NCBI GenBank assembly: GCA_041665025.1
Contig: JBAYJP010000002.1
Location: forward strand, 691-64,690
From: Candidatus Magasanikiibacteriota bacterium
GTDB taxonomy: Bacteria > Patescibacteriota > Patescibacteriia > Magasanikbacterales > UBA922
Reading direction: 5' to 3'
Length of the DNA stretch: 64,000 nt
Positions 37,663-50,428 of this stretch are shown piece by piece. The position numbers and the translations under genes are program-made. Position 1 is the first letter of the stretch, and each line of letters starts with the position of its first letter. The notes beneath the pieces are model-generated. The model had not been told where the DNA came from and did not search any database. It saw only the letters and a list, made by a program, of their open reading frames with translations.

Positions 37663-38457
37663 ATGTTGCTATCTGCCGGTGATGTTATTTCACGAAGCGT
37701 GAAGCTTTGTCGAGACAACATGAACCTTTTCCTGAAATACTCAGGACTTATACTCGTGCCAACACTCCTCGTAACGCTTGCGGGGTATACGGTTGGAATT
37801 ACTATGGTTGCATCCCAAAGCTTTGCTATGGGACTTGGACTATATCTTATTCTCGTTATCGCCCTTGCGTTATTTGGTTTTATGGTAGGTATAGCGCTCA
37901 TGAAAGCAGTTGCTATGCGCTATGAGGGACAAACTGCAATGCCTTTGGGAGAAGCATTGAAAAACAGCATGAAATATATTCTCCCCGGAATTTTGGTGGC
38001 TATTTTGACGGGGCTTGCCACACTCGGTGGCTTCCTCCTTCTCATTATTCCTGGTATTATTTTTGGTATTTGGTTTGCATTTTCTTTTCAAGCTCTGGTA
38101 ATTGATGACAAACATGGCACAGACGCTCTCAAGACAAGCAAACATCTGGTACATGCAAGATGGTTTGGCGTATTTTGGAGACTATTTCTTCCTGCCCTTG
38201 TATTTGGACTGCTCTACATGGCACTCCAATGGATACTACAGCTCATCCTCGGCGTTCGAAGTGAAGCGGTAATAGACTCGACTGCTTCATTCACGGTGCG
38301 AATGGTTATGTATACTATTTTGACATCAATATTAAGCGCCTTACTTACACCATTCACCACAGCAGCGTCAACAATCCTCTATATTGAACTGAAAAAAAAT
38401 CCGGTTCAAATCGGCATGCCAACAGAGACAAAAGTGGAAGAACCACCAAAAGAATAA
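37663..38457 (+). CDS. Integral membrane protein (GPDPase membrane-domain-like)
   Basis: Multiple TMs; GFLLLIIPGI...AL..S..LV..RW pattern. Confidence 0.75.
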   Translation: MLLSAGDVISRSVKLCRDNMNLFLKYSGLILVPTLLVTLAGYTVGITMVASQSFAMGLGLYLILVIALALFGFMVGIALMKAVAMRYEGQTAMPLGEALKNSMKYILPGILVAILTGLATLGGFLLLIIPGIIFGIWFAFSFQALVIDDKHGTDALKTSKHLVHARWFGVFWRLFLPALVFGLLYMALQWILQLILGVRSEAVIDSTASFTVRMVMYTILTSILSALLTPFTTAASTILYIELKKNPVQIGMPTETKVEEPPKE

Positions 38458-38537
38458 GTATTGCAGAACAAAAAGGCCCTCGAGAGAGGGTCTTTTAATT
38501 TAGCTAGGTTAGTGGTAAAATCAAACTATATTTTAAT

Positions 38538-38611
38538 GTACGAAATACGAAAACTGCGAAAGGTACGAAAAAAATGTATTTCGAATATTTCGTAGTTTTC
38601 GTATTTCGTAC
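38538..38611. repeat. Tandem-repeat hairpin element, TACGAAA/TTTCGTA family
   Basis: GTACGAAATACGAAAACTGCGAAAGGTACGAAA / TTTCGAATATTTCGTAGTTTTCGTATTTCGTAC. A half element lies at 32566-32598. Confidence 0.88.
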
Positions 38612-38625
38612 ATAATCATCAACCT

Positions 38626-40167
38626 ATGAGTAAAAACTATACGACTATAATTGGTATGGAAGTCCACGTCGAACTCAAGACCAAGAGTAAGATGTTTTGC
38701 AGTTGTAAAAATGACCCTGACTTCAAAGAAGCCAATACAAACATTTGCCCTGTTTGTCTTGCTCATCCAGGAACTCTACCCGTGCCAAACAAAACGGCTA
38801 TTGAATGGACCGTAAAAATTGGCAAAGCCCTCAATTCCTCTATTCGCGAACTATCCAAGTTTGACCGAAAACACTATTTTTATCCTGACTTGCCAAAGGG
38901 ATACCAAATATCACAGTATGATGAACCCATTGCAGAGCATGGTTTTATTGAACTTGATATGCGACTAGAAGACAACGTTCGTGAAACGGCAAAAATCGGC
39001 ATCACGCGTGTACACCTGGAAGAAGATACTGCAAAGTTGTTACACGACACTTCTGGAAACACACTCGTAGATTTCAACCGTGCGGGTACTCCCCTGGTAG
39101 AAATTGTGACAGACCCGGATTTCAAATCTGCCAAAGAAGCAAAAACATATTGCCAGGAGTTGCAAATGATTTTTCGCGCGCTTGGAGTAAGTGACGCAGA
39201 AATGGAAAAAGGACACATGCGCTGTGAAGCAAATATTTCTCTTCAGGAAGCAGGTCAATTTGAAATTGTGAATGGTGTTGTCAAACCTTTGGGTAATTAC
39301 CAATTAAACCCAAAAGTTGAAATAAAAAATATCAACTCATTTAGAGCGGTTGAAAAAGCGCTTGAATTTGAAACCAAACGCCAAACAGAAATGCTTAGAA
39401 AAGGCGAAATCTGGACCCAGCAAACACGCGGATGGGATGAAGACAAAGGAGAGACCATATTACAGCGTGAAAAAGAAAGTTCAGCAGATTATCGCTATTT
39501 TCCTGAACCAGACATTCCCCCATTTCATCCTCTCAAAATTGCAGGCGATACCCACATTTCTGAATTACCCCAAGCAAAACGCGCGCGCTTTCATGAAGAA
39601 TATGGTTTGTCGTATGCAGACGCATACATGCTTACGCAAGATAATGATTGGGCGAACTTTACCGAAGAAACCATGAGCGAACTTATGGAATGGATAGATT
39701 CATTACCTGAAAGCAAAAATAAAGCTGAAAATGTACCAGAAAAGGTTGTGAGACTTGCGGGTGGATGGATCACAAGCAAACTTGCCGGCGTGCTTAATGA
39801 AAAACAGATGAATATTGCCGATATTAAATTTACTCCGGAAAATTTTGCTGAACTTATTGCGCTTATTTACACCAATCGAGTCAACTCAACCAACGCACAA
39901 AAAATTCTTCTTATCATGGCGGGCAGTGACAAAAACCAAGACCCTACACATATTATGGAAGATAAGGGCTGGGGCCAGGTATCTGACGAAGGAAAACTCG
40001 GTGAAATTATCGAGCAAGTTATACAAGAATATCCCGCGCAAGTAGAACAATTTAAGGCTGGAAAAGAACCGATTCTTAAATTTCTCATTGGCATGGCCAT
40101 GAAAGCAACCGAAGGCAGCGCGGATCCAAAAGTGGTGGAGAAGATGTTGAGGGAAAAAATGGTTTGA
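38626..40167 (+). CDS. gatB: Asp/Glu-tRNA amidotransferase subunit B
   Basis: IGMEVHVEL, FDRKHYFYPDLPKGYQISQ, HLEED, DYRYFPEPD. Confidence 0.97.
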   Translation: MSKNYTTIIGMEVHVELKTKSKMFCSCKNDPDFKEANTNICPVCLAHPGTLPVPNKTAIEWTVKIGKALNSSIRELSKFDRKHYFYPDLPKGYQISQYDEPIAEHGFIELDMRLEDNVRETAKIGITRVHLEEDTAKLLHDTSGNTLVDFNRAGTPLVEIVTDPDFKSAKEAKTYCQELQMIFRALGVSDAEMEKGHMRCEANISLQEAGQFEIVNGVVKPLGNYQLNPKVEIKNINSFRAVEKALEFETKRQTEMLRKGEIWTQQTRGWDEDKGETILQREKESSADYRYFPEPDIPPFHPLKIAGDTHISELPQAKRARFHEEYGLSYADAYMLTQDNDWANFTEETMSELMEWIDSLPESKNKAENVPEKVVRLAGGWITSKLAGVLNEKQMNIADIKFTPENFAELIALIYTNRVNSTNAQKILLIMAGSDKNQDPTHIMEDKGWGQVSDEGKLGEIIEQVIQEYPAQVEQFKAGKEPILKFLIGMAMKATEGSADPKVVEKMLREKMV

Positions 40168-40249
40168 TAATGTAATTTTTAGGTATATTATGCAAGAGAA
40201 TTCCACATAACTGATAGCTAAGCAAAATGCATGTTTTTAAAATTGATAT

Positions 40250-40870
40250 ATGGAAGAAAATGCAACTAAAGAAGTATTGGATTATTTTAGAACTAACATA
40301 TTTGAGGCTTTTTCCGCATACAACGCATGGAAAATAATCTTTCTTTCTAAATCTGAGACAGTAGTTCCGAAAGAAATGGCTGAAAAATATGTAGAGGTAC
40401 AAAACTATCACAAAGATTTCTTTATCACAACCGAAAGAGCATTACTAACAAACTTTGTACTATTATCTCTACATTCTTTTGACAAAAGAGATGATTCGTT
40501 TTCATTGTATAAGGTTGATGAGCCTGCAACAGAGAAATTTATTAGTGATAACAAAGAAACAATTGAACAACTCATAAAACTTCGTCATAAACTTTTTGCA
40601 CATAGAGATCATAAGTTAAAAATTACTGAATTTCAGATACCCTCTGTTGAGAAACTTGATACCTATTTCAAAAATTTAATCGACTTTTATAATAAAAAAA
40701 CTCAATCACTCCTTTCTTCTACAACACTATTTACCAACGCAGTGGAGATAAAAAGAGATGTTGAATCACTATTACAAAATTTGTATAGAGGTGAAAAAAT
40801 TAGAAAATTAGCAATAAGTATTGAGTGGGAATGGGAGAAAAACCTAAAAAAGGCCTGCGACGTGATTTAA
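40250..40870 (+). CDS. HEPN-like (AbiU2-like) hypothetical protein
   Basis: All-helical with LRHKLFAH (R-x5-H); AT-rich. Confidence 0.55.
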   Translation: MEENATKEVLDYFRTNIFEAFSAYNAWKIIFLSKSETVVPKEMAEKYVEVQNYHKDFFITTERALLTNFVLLSLHSFDKRDDSFSLYKVDEPATEKFISDNKETIEQLIKLRHKLFAHRDHKLKITEFQIPSVEKLDTYFKNLIDFYNKKTQSLLSSTTLFTNAVEIKRDVESLLQNLYRGEKIRKLAISIEWEWEKNLKKACDVI

Positions 40871-40915
40871 AAAAACATGCACATTGCTTAACAGCGCATA
40901 TATCACATTAAAAAG

Positions 40916-41206
40916 ATGACATATGCGCGAACGTTAGCTGAAATAAAATCAACTATGTCCACGCTAGATCAACAAATCAAAGAAATCCAAGATCGCAACA
41001 AACGCGTTGAGGCAGACAAAGCATGGGAGACAAGTTGGACGCGAAGAATTATTATTCTTCTGCTCACCTATTGTGTCATCGTCAGTTTTTTTCTTATCAC
41101 AAGACTTCCCGATCCATTTTTGAATGCACTTGTACCAGTACTTGCGTTTGCTATTTCGACAATGACGGTTGGTGTGGTAAAAAGTGTGTGGATGAAGAAT
41201 AAATAA
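40916..41206 (+). CDS. Small membrane protein
   Basis: RNKRVEADKAWETSWTRR followed by 2 TMs. The start may be the internal MSTLD. Confidence 0.75.
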   Translation: MTYARTLAEIKSTMSTLDQQIKEIQDRNKRVEADKAWETSWTRRIIILLLTYCVIVSFFLITRLPDPFLNALVPVLAFAISTMTVGVVKSVWMKNK

Positions 41207-41306
41207 GGACAACACCTCTCCCCCTCTCTACTATAGAGAGGTTTTTTATCTCTTGCACTAAACCAAAAACTGCGATATGATGTGCTCTATTACCTAACAC
41301 ATTTTT

Positions 41307-42167
41307 ATGGAACAAAATACCTTTGAACTCAAATCTGGTCTTGCCCAAATGCTTAAAGGCGGGGTTATTATGGACGTCATGACCGCCGAGCAAGCCAAAA
41401 TTGCCGAAGCCGCCGGGGCTGTGGCAGTCATGGCATTGGAACGCATCCCATCCATTATCCGTCGCGATGGAGGCGTTGCCCGCATGTCTGATCCAGAACT
41501 TATTATACAAATAAAAAATTCAGTAACTATCCCGGTCATGGCAAAAGTGCGCATTGGACACTTTGTCGAGGCTCAAATTCTTGAAGCCCTTGATATTGAT
41601 TTTATAGATGAATCCGAAGTTTTGACGCCTGCTGATGAAGAATTCCATATTGAAAAAAACAAATTTAGATTGCCATTTGTATGTGGATGTAGAAATCTTG
41701 GCGAAGCTGTTCGCAGAATTTCCGAAGGTGCGGCAATGATTCGTACCAAAGGTGAAGCGGGAACTGGAAATGTGGTCGAGGCAGTGCGACATTTACGATT
41801 AATTCAACGAGAAATTAATGCTCTCACATTAGAAAATATCTCTGAAAAGGCAAAAGAATATCGCGTATCAGAAGATGTAGTAAAAAATATTTTTGAACAC
41901 AAACGGCTCCCCGTGGTTATGTTTGTCGCAGGAGGTCTTGCTACTCCGGCTGATGCAGCCATGATGATGCAAATGGGAGCAGAAGGTGTGTTTGTTGGAT
42001 CAGGTATTTTTGCGTCAGAAAATCCGGAAAAAATGGCGCGCGCGATTGTAAAAGCTACGATGAATTATGATAAACCAGAAATTCTTGCAGAAGTTTCACG
42101 GGGGTTGGGTGGAACGATGAAGAGTTTGGAAATTGATAAATTGGAAACGAAATTTGCAAATAGATAA
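41307..42167 (+). CDS. pdxS: Pyridoxal 5'-phosphate synthase lyase subunit
   Basis: [41 protein letters not shown]. Confidence 0.97.
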   Translation: MEQNTFELKSGLAQMLKGGVIMDVMTAEQAKIAEAAGAVAVMALERIPSIIRRDGGVARMSDPELIIQIKNSVTIPVMAKVRIGHFVEAQILEALDIDFIDESEVLTPADEEFHIEKNKFRLPFVCGCRNLGEAVRRISEGAAMIRTKGEAGTGNVVEAVRHLRLIQREINALTLENISEKAKEYRVSEDVVKNIFEHKRLPVVMFVAGGLATPADAAMMMQMGAEGVFVGSGIFASENPEKMARAIVKATMNYDKPEILAEVSRGLGGTMKSLEIDKLETKFANR

Positions 42168-42174
42168 ATTAATA

Positions 42175-42249
42175 GAACACGAATAAAACGAATTAAACGA
42201 ATTTCAACAAATTCGTCCTGATTCGTTAGATTAGTTAAATTCGTGTCCT
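42175..42249. repeat. Tandem-repeat hairpin element, ACGAAT 9-mer family
   Basis: GAACACGAATAAAACGAATTAAACGAATTT / AAATTCGTCCTGATTCGTTAGATTAGTTAAATTCGTGTCC. Sister copy at 55090-55164. Confidence 0.88.
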
Positions 42250-42258
42250 ATTATATAT

Positions 42259-42798
42259 ATGATAGAAAACAAAAAAATAGGTGTTCTCTCAATCCAAGGA
42301 TCTTTTGCAGAACATGGAAAAATACTCACAAAACTCCATGTTCCTTTTATTTTTGTCAGATCAAAAGAAAAACTGCAGACAATCACCCATCTTATCATTC
42401 CTGGTGGAGAATCGACCACCCTGACAAAACTTCTTCATGAATATGATATGTGGAATATGCTTGAAGAAAAAATAAAAAGTAAATTACTCCAAGTATTTGG
42501 AACCTGTGCAGGAACGATACTCTGTGAAAAACTTGGCATGGATATTAAAGTCGATAGAAATGCATACGGCGCGCAACAACATTCATTTTCAGCAGAACTC
42601 GATTCTACTTTATTTCCCCATCTTCGCGGTGTATTTATCCGTGCGCCGAGGTTTATCTCAAATGGAGAATCTGTAAAAATACTGGTAACACACCAGCAAG
42701 AGCCTTGTCTGGCCGAGCAGGAAAATTTTTTAGCTGCAAGCTTTCATCCTGAACTTGCAGGCGAGACCAGAATTCATGAGTATTTCCTCAAAAAATAA
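42259..42798 (+). CDS. pdxT: Pyridoxal 5'-phosphate synthase glutaminase subunit
   Basis: QGSFAEH, PGGESTT, GTCAG, FIRAP, FHPEL. Confidence 0.96.
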   Translation: MIENKKIGVLSIQGSFAEHGKILTKLHVPFIFVRSKEKLQTITHLIIPGGESTTLTKLLHEYDMWNMLEEKIKSKLLQVFGTCAGTILCEKLGMDIKVDRNAYGAQQHSFSAELDSTLFPHLRGVFIRAPRFISNGESVKILVTHQQEPCLAEQENFLAASFHPELAGETRIHEYFLKK

Positions 42799-42824
42799 CC
42801 AAATATATCCCCACTTCACAACCC

Positions 42825-42966
42825 TTGCGGGCTATGTGGCAACCTGATACAATAGCTTGCGGTATGCTTGAAATGAAGACCCACATTTTGCAAGGAGGAT
42901 CAACAGTTTCAACAAAGGATAAACTGTACCCAGACGCCACCAAAAAATAGGTGGCATTTTGTTTTT
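42825..42966 (+). promoter_or_regulatory. Promoter + leader peptide + terminator (putative attenuator) of the guaB-like/purA/purB operon
   Basis: TTGCGG-17-TACAAT; ORF 42864-42950 (MLEMKTHILQGGSTVSTKDKLYPDATKK); terminator GCCACC-AAAAAATA-GGTGGC-ATTTTGTTTTT. Confidence 0.6.
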
Positions 42967-43007
42967 AATAGATAAGATATTGAAAAAAATCTTAAATACA
43001 ATCTAGA

Positions 43008-43118
43008 AAGTTAGAAGATTGAAGATTACGGCCCTACGGGCCTAAGATTAAAGGATTACGACAAACAAATCACTAATCTTCTAATCTTTCAATCTTTAAT
43101 CTTGAGTCTTAAATCTTA
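43008..43118. repeat. Tandem-repeat hairpin element, AGATT/AATCT family
   Basis: AGAAGATTGAAGATT..AAGATTAAAGGATT / AATCACTAATCTTCTAATCTTTCAATCTTTAATCTTGAGTCTTAAATCTT, with a small GGCCC-TAC-GGGCC hairpin nested in the left arm. Confidence 0.85.
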
Positions 43119-43158
43119 CGTACTAAAAAAGACTAACATTTCAAACTACTTACGCTCT

Positions 43159-44592
43159 ATGTCCCTCATCCCCCTCGCCCTCACCTACGACGACGTCCTC
43201 ATCGTCCCCCGCCGATCTACATTTGAATCGCGCAGTGAAGCACACACGCGTACCAGACTTACCAAAAAACTTAGCCTCAATATTCCTGTTGTCTCTGCAA
43301 ACATGGACACAGTCACGGGAGCTGAAATGGCAATTGCCTTGGCACGCCTTGGCGGTATTGGTATTTTGCATCGCTTCATGTCTATAGAAGACAATGCTGA
43401 GGAAGTAAAAAAAGTGAAACGTGCACAAAACCTCATTGTCCAAGATCCCTATACTATTGATCCTGAAAAAACGGTAGAAGAAGCAAAAGGATACGCAAAT
43501 TCAGTTGGCGTTACTGGATTACTCGTGGCGAATGGGGACAGAAAATTGCAGGGTATCTTATCTCGCAGAGATTTTTTATTTGCCAATGGTGATGACAAAA
43601 AAGTGAGAGACATCATGACTCCGCGCGAAAAATTGATAGTGGGTAATGCATACACAACATTTGAACAAGCAAAAAAAATATTTTCAGAATATAAAGTGGA
43701 AAAATTACCGCTTGTAGACGAAGAAAATCACGTGATTGGACTTATTACGAGTGATGATATAAAAGCAATTATTGAATACCCTCTTGCAAATCGTGACGTG
43801 GAAGGACAGCTTATAGTCGGCGCGGCAGTTGGTGTTCATGGGGACTTCGTGGAACGCGCGCAAGAAATGGTTAGTGCTGGTACTGATGTATTAGTTATTG
43901 ATATCGCGCACGGACACTCAGACAATATGTTTAAAGCCATTGAGAAATTACGCGACGCAGTTGGAGACATTCAAATTATTGCAGGAAATATTGCGACCGC
44001 CCAAGCAGCAAAAGAATTGTGCGAGGCTGGCGTGGACGCAGTAAAAGTTGGCGTAGGCCCAGGCTCAATTTGCATTACTCGTCTTGTCACTGGCTGCGGT
44101 ATGCCTCAGCTTACTGCGGTAATGGAGGTAGTAAAAATTGCACGACAATATGGCGTGCCTGTAATTGCAGATGGCGGTATTTCAAAATCAGGTGACATAG
44201 TAAAAGCCATTGGTGCAGGCGCAGACAGCGTGATGATGGGCAGTATGTTTGCAGGAACTGACGAAAGCCCAGGAGTCGTTATGACCAAAGGAGACAAAAA
44301 ATTCAAAGTATGCCGTGGCAGCGCAAGTTTCACTCAATCACATACACGTAAGAGAGTTGGACTAGAAAGCAAAAATCTAAAAGAAGTTGTGCCTGAAGGC
44401 GTTGAATCATTGGTTCCTTACAAAGGACCTGTTGCAGATATTGTCGGTCAGCTCGTTGGTGGTTTAAAATCAGGTATGAGTTATACCAATTCACACACCA
44501 TTCCTGAATTACAACATAATTGCGATTTTGTACGCATTTCAAATGCGGGATTGAGAGAGAGTGGTGCGCATGATGTACAAGCTCTTACATAG
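43159..44592 (+). CDS. guaB: IMPDH/GMP reductase family protein with CBS pair (probably GMP reductase)
   Basis: [40 protein letters not shown]. The flap lacks the IMPDH Arg-Tyr dyad (see findings). Confidence 0.85.
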   Translation: MSLIPLALTYDDVLIVPRRSTFESRSEAHTRTRLTKKLSLNIPVVSANMDTVTGAEMAIALARLGGIGILHRFMSIEDNAEEVKKVKRAQNLIVQDPYTIDPEKTVEEAKGYANSVGVTGLLVANGDRKLQGILSRRDFLFANGDDKKVRDIMTPREKLIVGNAYTTFEQAKKIFSEYKVEKLPLVDEENHVIGLITSDDIKAIIEYPLANRDVEGQLIVGAAVGVHGDFVERAQEMVSAGTDVLVIDIAHGHSDNMFKAIEKLRDAVGDIQIIAGNIATAQAAKELCEAGVDAVKVGVGPGSICITRLVTGCGMPQLTAVMEVVKIARQYGVPVIADGGISKSGDIVKAIGAGADSVMMGSMFAGTDESPGVVMTKGDKKFKVCRGSASFTQSHTRKRVGLESKNLKEVVPEGVESLVPYKGPVADIVGQLVGGLKSGMSYTNSHTIPELQHNCDFVRISNAGLRESGAHDVQALT

Positions 44593-44700
44593 GATAGTGG
44601 GCAAGGAAACCAGAAACCAGATTATTATTTTAAAAATTTGGTATCCAAATCTATTGTCCAATATATTCCGGTTTCCTGACCCAACGCCCAAAACCCACAA
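44589..44700. repeat. Hairpin element, TGGG..ACCAGA family
   Basis: GTGGGCAAGGAAACCAGAAACCAGA ... TTCCGGTTTCCTGACCCAACGCCCAAAACCCAC. Confidence 0.75.
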
Positions 44701-44714
44701 CAAAAAACACATAA

Positions 44715-47380
<2,666 letters not shown>

Positions 47381-47397
47381 TATCCACATACCACATC

Positions 47398-47548
47398 TTG
47401 CCGTGCACATTCTGTCATGATACTATACACTCGGTATGCCAAATAGAAATATCCCATACATGACAAAAGAAAATTTCTGCTCACATCGTGAGCTATACGT
47501 TACTATTTCATTATTTCATGACCGTTACCAATCGTAACGGTCTTTTTT
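47398..47548 (+). promoter_or_regulatory. Promoter + pyrL-like leader peptide + attenuator terminator
   Basis: TTGCCG-17-TACTAT; ORF 47436-47537 (MPNRNIPYMTKENFCSHRELYVTISLFHDRYQS); hairpin GCTCAC-ATC-GTGAGC, a U-rich tract, then GACCGTTAC-CAATC-GTAACGGTC-TTTTTT. Confidence 0.7.
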
Positions 47549-47558
47549 ATAAAAATCT

Positions 47559-48479
47559 ATGGACTCATTTGCCGGAAAAGATATCATTTCCATAAACCAG
47601 CTCACCAAAGATGGCATCATGCATATTTTGAAGCATGCTCGTCTGCTCAAACAGACTCCAAACAAAGAACTTTTGAAAGGTCATGTCATGGCAAGCTGTT
47701 TTTTTGAACCTTCCACTCGAACAAGACTTTCGTTTGAAACTGCCATGGAAAGACTGGGCGGCCAAGTCATGGGATTTGCAGATGCCGGGGTCACTTCTGC
47801 AAAGAAAAAAGAAAGTTTGTATGATTCTATGAAAATTATAGGACAATATGCAGACGTCATCGCTATGAGGCATCCTTTGGAAGGTGCAGCACGAAGAGCG
47901 TCAGAGGCAACGGACAAACCCATCCTCAATGGCGGAGACGGTGCAAATCAGCACCCAACACAAACACTTCTCGATCTATTTTCCATACTTGAAACTCAGG
48001 GTACCCTTGAAAATCTCCATATTGCCATGGTCGGAGATCTAAAATATGGTCGTACCGTCCATTCACTCGCGCAAGCCTTAAAACACTTTGGCGCACGCCT
48101 CTACTTCGTGGCTCCAGAATCACTCAAAATGCCCAGTTACATTGCGAGAGAGCTTGAGACAAGCGGGATTGTGGTTACTGAACATGAGCGCATTGAGGAA
48201 ATAATCAATGCCGTAGATATACTGTACATGACACGCATCCAGGCAGAGCGGTTTGCAGACCAAATGGAATATGAAAAGATAAAAAATGTATATGTACTCA
48301 CTGCAGATATGCTGGAAAATGCAAAATCAAATCTCCGTGTCATGCATCCCCTGCCTCGTGTAAATGAAATCCATGTGAATGTAGACGAAACACCTCATGC
48401 ATATTATTTTGAACAAGCAGAAAATGGTCTATATGTACGGCAAGCATTGCTTGGGCTTGTGTTAGGTAAACTCACTTAG
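47559..48479 (+). CDS. pyrB: Aspartate carbamoyltransferase catalytic subunit
   Basis: [38 protein letters not shown]. Confidence 0.98.
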   Translation: MDSFAGKDIISINQLTKDGIMHILKHARLLKQTPNKELLKGHVMASCFFEPSTRTRLSFETAMERLGGQVMGFADAGVTSAKKKESLYDSMKIIGQYADVIAMRHPLEGAARRASEATDKPILNGGDGANQHPTQTLLDLFSILETQGTLENLHIAMVGDLKYGRTVHSLAQALKHFGARLYFVAPESLKMPSYIARELETSGIVVTEHERIEEIINAVDILYMTRIQAERFADQMEYEKIKNVYVLTADMLENAKSNLRVMHPLPRVNEIHVNVDETPHAYYFEQAENGLYVRQALLGLVLGKLT

Positions 48480-48645
48480 CCAACAGTTCAAAGCCAATAG
48501 CCCATAAAAACAATTTATTCAACATGTAATCAAATTGATTCGTATTACATAATATTTTATTAACAAAAGCCGTTAGGACACCCATAATTTCCTGATAAAC
48601 TTTATCAAAAACTATTGGTTGTGAACTATTGGCTGTGAACTAACT
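48478..48645. repeat. Tandem-repeat element with ~100-nt spacer, AGCCAA(T/C)AG / CTATTGG family
   Basis: AGCCAACAGTTCAAAGCCAATAG ... CTATTGGTTGTGAACTATTGGCTGTGAACT. Confidence 0.75.
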
Positions 48646-48647
48646 AT

Positions 48648-49124
48648 ATGGACCGACAAAAAGACATCCGCGCTTTCAAAGTATTTACTATTGAAAATGG
48701 AACAGTTATTGATCATATTGATGCAGGCCAAGCCATTCGTATTATTCAAGTTTTAAATCTCCCTGCGGGACAAAAGATTGTGACTGCCGGGCTCAACTTT
48801 CCCAGCAGCAAAATGGGGTTCAAAGATATTATCAAAGTAGAACACAGAGAACTAACTCAGGAAGAAGCAAACAAAGTTGCTATTTTTGCCCCTCATGCAA
48901 CAATAAATATTATTCAGAATTTTGAAATAACCAAAAAATTTAAAATTACCATCCCCCCGGTCATTCAATCTCTCGTCGTCTGCCCTAATCCCAAATGCAT
49001 TACCAATAATGAACCAATGGAAAGTATATTTTATGTGAAAGAAAATGATACGGGTTTAGAATTCCATTGTAAATATTGTGAAAAAGTGTTCGGAAGAGAT
49101 GATGTACGGGAATATAAACAATAG
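48648..49124 (+). CDS. pyrI: Aspartate carbamoyltransferase regulatory chain
   Basis: IENGTVIDHI, KDIIKVE, CPNPKCITN, CKYCE. Confidence 0.97.
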   Translation: MDRQKDIRAFKVFTIENGTVIDHIDAGQAIRIIQVLNLPAGQKIVTAGLNFPSSKMGFKDIIKVEHRELTQEEANKVAIFAPHATINIIQNFEITKKFKITIPPVIQSLVVCPNPKCITNNEPMESIFYVKENDTGLEFHCKYCEKVFGRDDVREYKQ

Positions 49125-49209
49125 TATTTAGACCATAGGTAATGGGCAAGGAAGCCAGACAACAACGTCATCTCCGGTATCTTAACCCGACGCCTAATAT
49201 CTTCTACTG

Positions 49210-50400
49210 ATGTTAATCAAGACCTATAATAACCAAAATATTAAACTAAACCTCGATTACACCAGAGGTAATTTATTTGCACTCCCGGCTCTCATTGACC
49301 CTCATGTTCATTTTAGAACTCCGGGTGCTGAGCATAAAGAAAATTGGATTACCGGAGCACAGGCTGCGCTGGCTGGCGGGGTGACAACGGTGTTTGATAT
49401 GCCGAACAACACACCGAGCACAATAAGTACTTCAGCACTTCAGCACAAAATAAACTTGATTGACTACCAACTAAAAGAAGCTGGCATTCTGTTACGGTAT
49501 AAACTATGGTTTGGAGCAACGCCGAATAACCTTGGCGAGATTGAAAAACTTCAGGAATATAAAGATCAGATCTGTGGTATAAAAATATTTATGGGATCAA
49601 GTACAGGAAATCTGCTCGTGAATAAAAAAGAAGATCAAGCAAAAATTTTTGAACAGGCTGCACGTCTTGATCTGGTGGTAGCGGTACATGCGGAGAGTGA
49701 GTCTAAAATCCAAGACTCAAGATCGAAGATTAGTAATCCAAAGATTCAAGACCATTCTATAGTTCGTTCTCGTGAAGCAGCTGCTGAGGCCACAAACCAA
49801 GCGATTGAACTAGCCAAACAATTTGGAACCAAGTTATACATACTACATGTAAGTACAAAAGAAGAAATTGAAATTATAAGCCAAGCAAAACGGCAAGGTA
49901 TACAGATGTATGCAGAAGTCACGCCACATCATTTATTTTTAGACGAATCCGCGTATGATAAACTGGGAACCAAAGCACAGATGAATCCTCCGCTCCGGAC
50001 TACAGAGGATCGTAAGGCTTTATGGCAAGCTATTGATGATGGAACAATTGATACTATAGGGACTGACCACGCTCCACATACGCTTGAGGAAAAAGCTTTA
50101 ACGTATCCAAACTCGCCCTCTGGCGTACCAGGAATTGAAACTTCGCTTCCCCTGTTGCTTGATGCCCACAATAAAGGTAAAATAAGCTTAGAAAAAATAG
50201 TTCAACTAACCAGAAAAAATATTGAAAAAATATTTAAACTTGAACCAAATAACGACTGGGTCATCGTCGACTTGAATATGGAAAAAGAGGTGCGAGATGA
50301 AGATCTAAAAACAAAATGTGGGTGGAGCCCGTTTGAAGGGTGGGAGTTGAAAGGATGGCCGGTCGCGGTTATTTTACAAGGAAAGCTATTTCACATATAA
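49210..50400 (+). CDS. pyrC: Dihydroorotase
   Basis: IDPHVHFRTPG, DMPNN.P, PHHL, NPPLR, TDHAPH, KCGWSPF. Confidence 0.95.
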   Translation: MLIKTYNNQNIKLNLDYTRGNLFALPALIDPHVHFRTPGAEHKENWITGAQAALAGGVTTVFDMPNNTPSTISTSALQHKINLIDYQLKEAGILLRYKLWFGATPNNLGEIEKLQEYKDQICGIKIFMGSSTGNLLVNKKEDQAKIFEQAARLDLVVAVHAESESKIQDSRSKISNPKIQDHSIVRSREAAAEATNQAIELAKQFGTKLYILHVSTKEEIEIISQAKRQGIQMYAEVTPHHLFLDESAYDKLGTKAQMNPPLRTTEDRKALWQAIDDGTIDTIGTDHAPHTLEEKALTYPNSPSGVPGIETSLPLLLDAHNKGKISLEKIVQLTRKNIEKIFKLEPNNDWVIVDLNMEKEVRDEDLKTKCGWSPFEGWELKGWPVAVILQGKLFHI

Positions 50401-50428
50401 TAAAGGCGCTATCCTAATCCATACAGAT

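Noticed and set aside
42854-42966. Purine riboswitch upstream of the guaB-like gene
   Set aside because: The purine-riboswitch core (TATAAT..GATATGG..GTTTCTACC..CCGTAAA) is absent. Other classes are not excluded without an Rfam scan.
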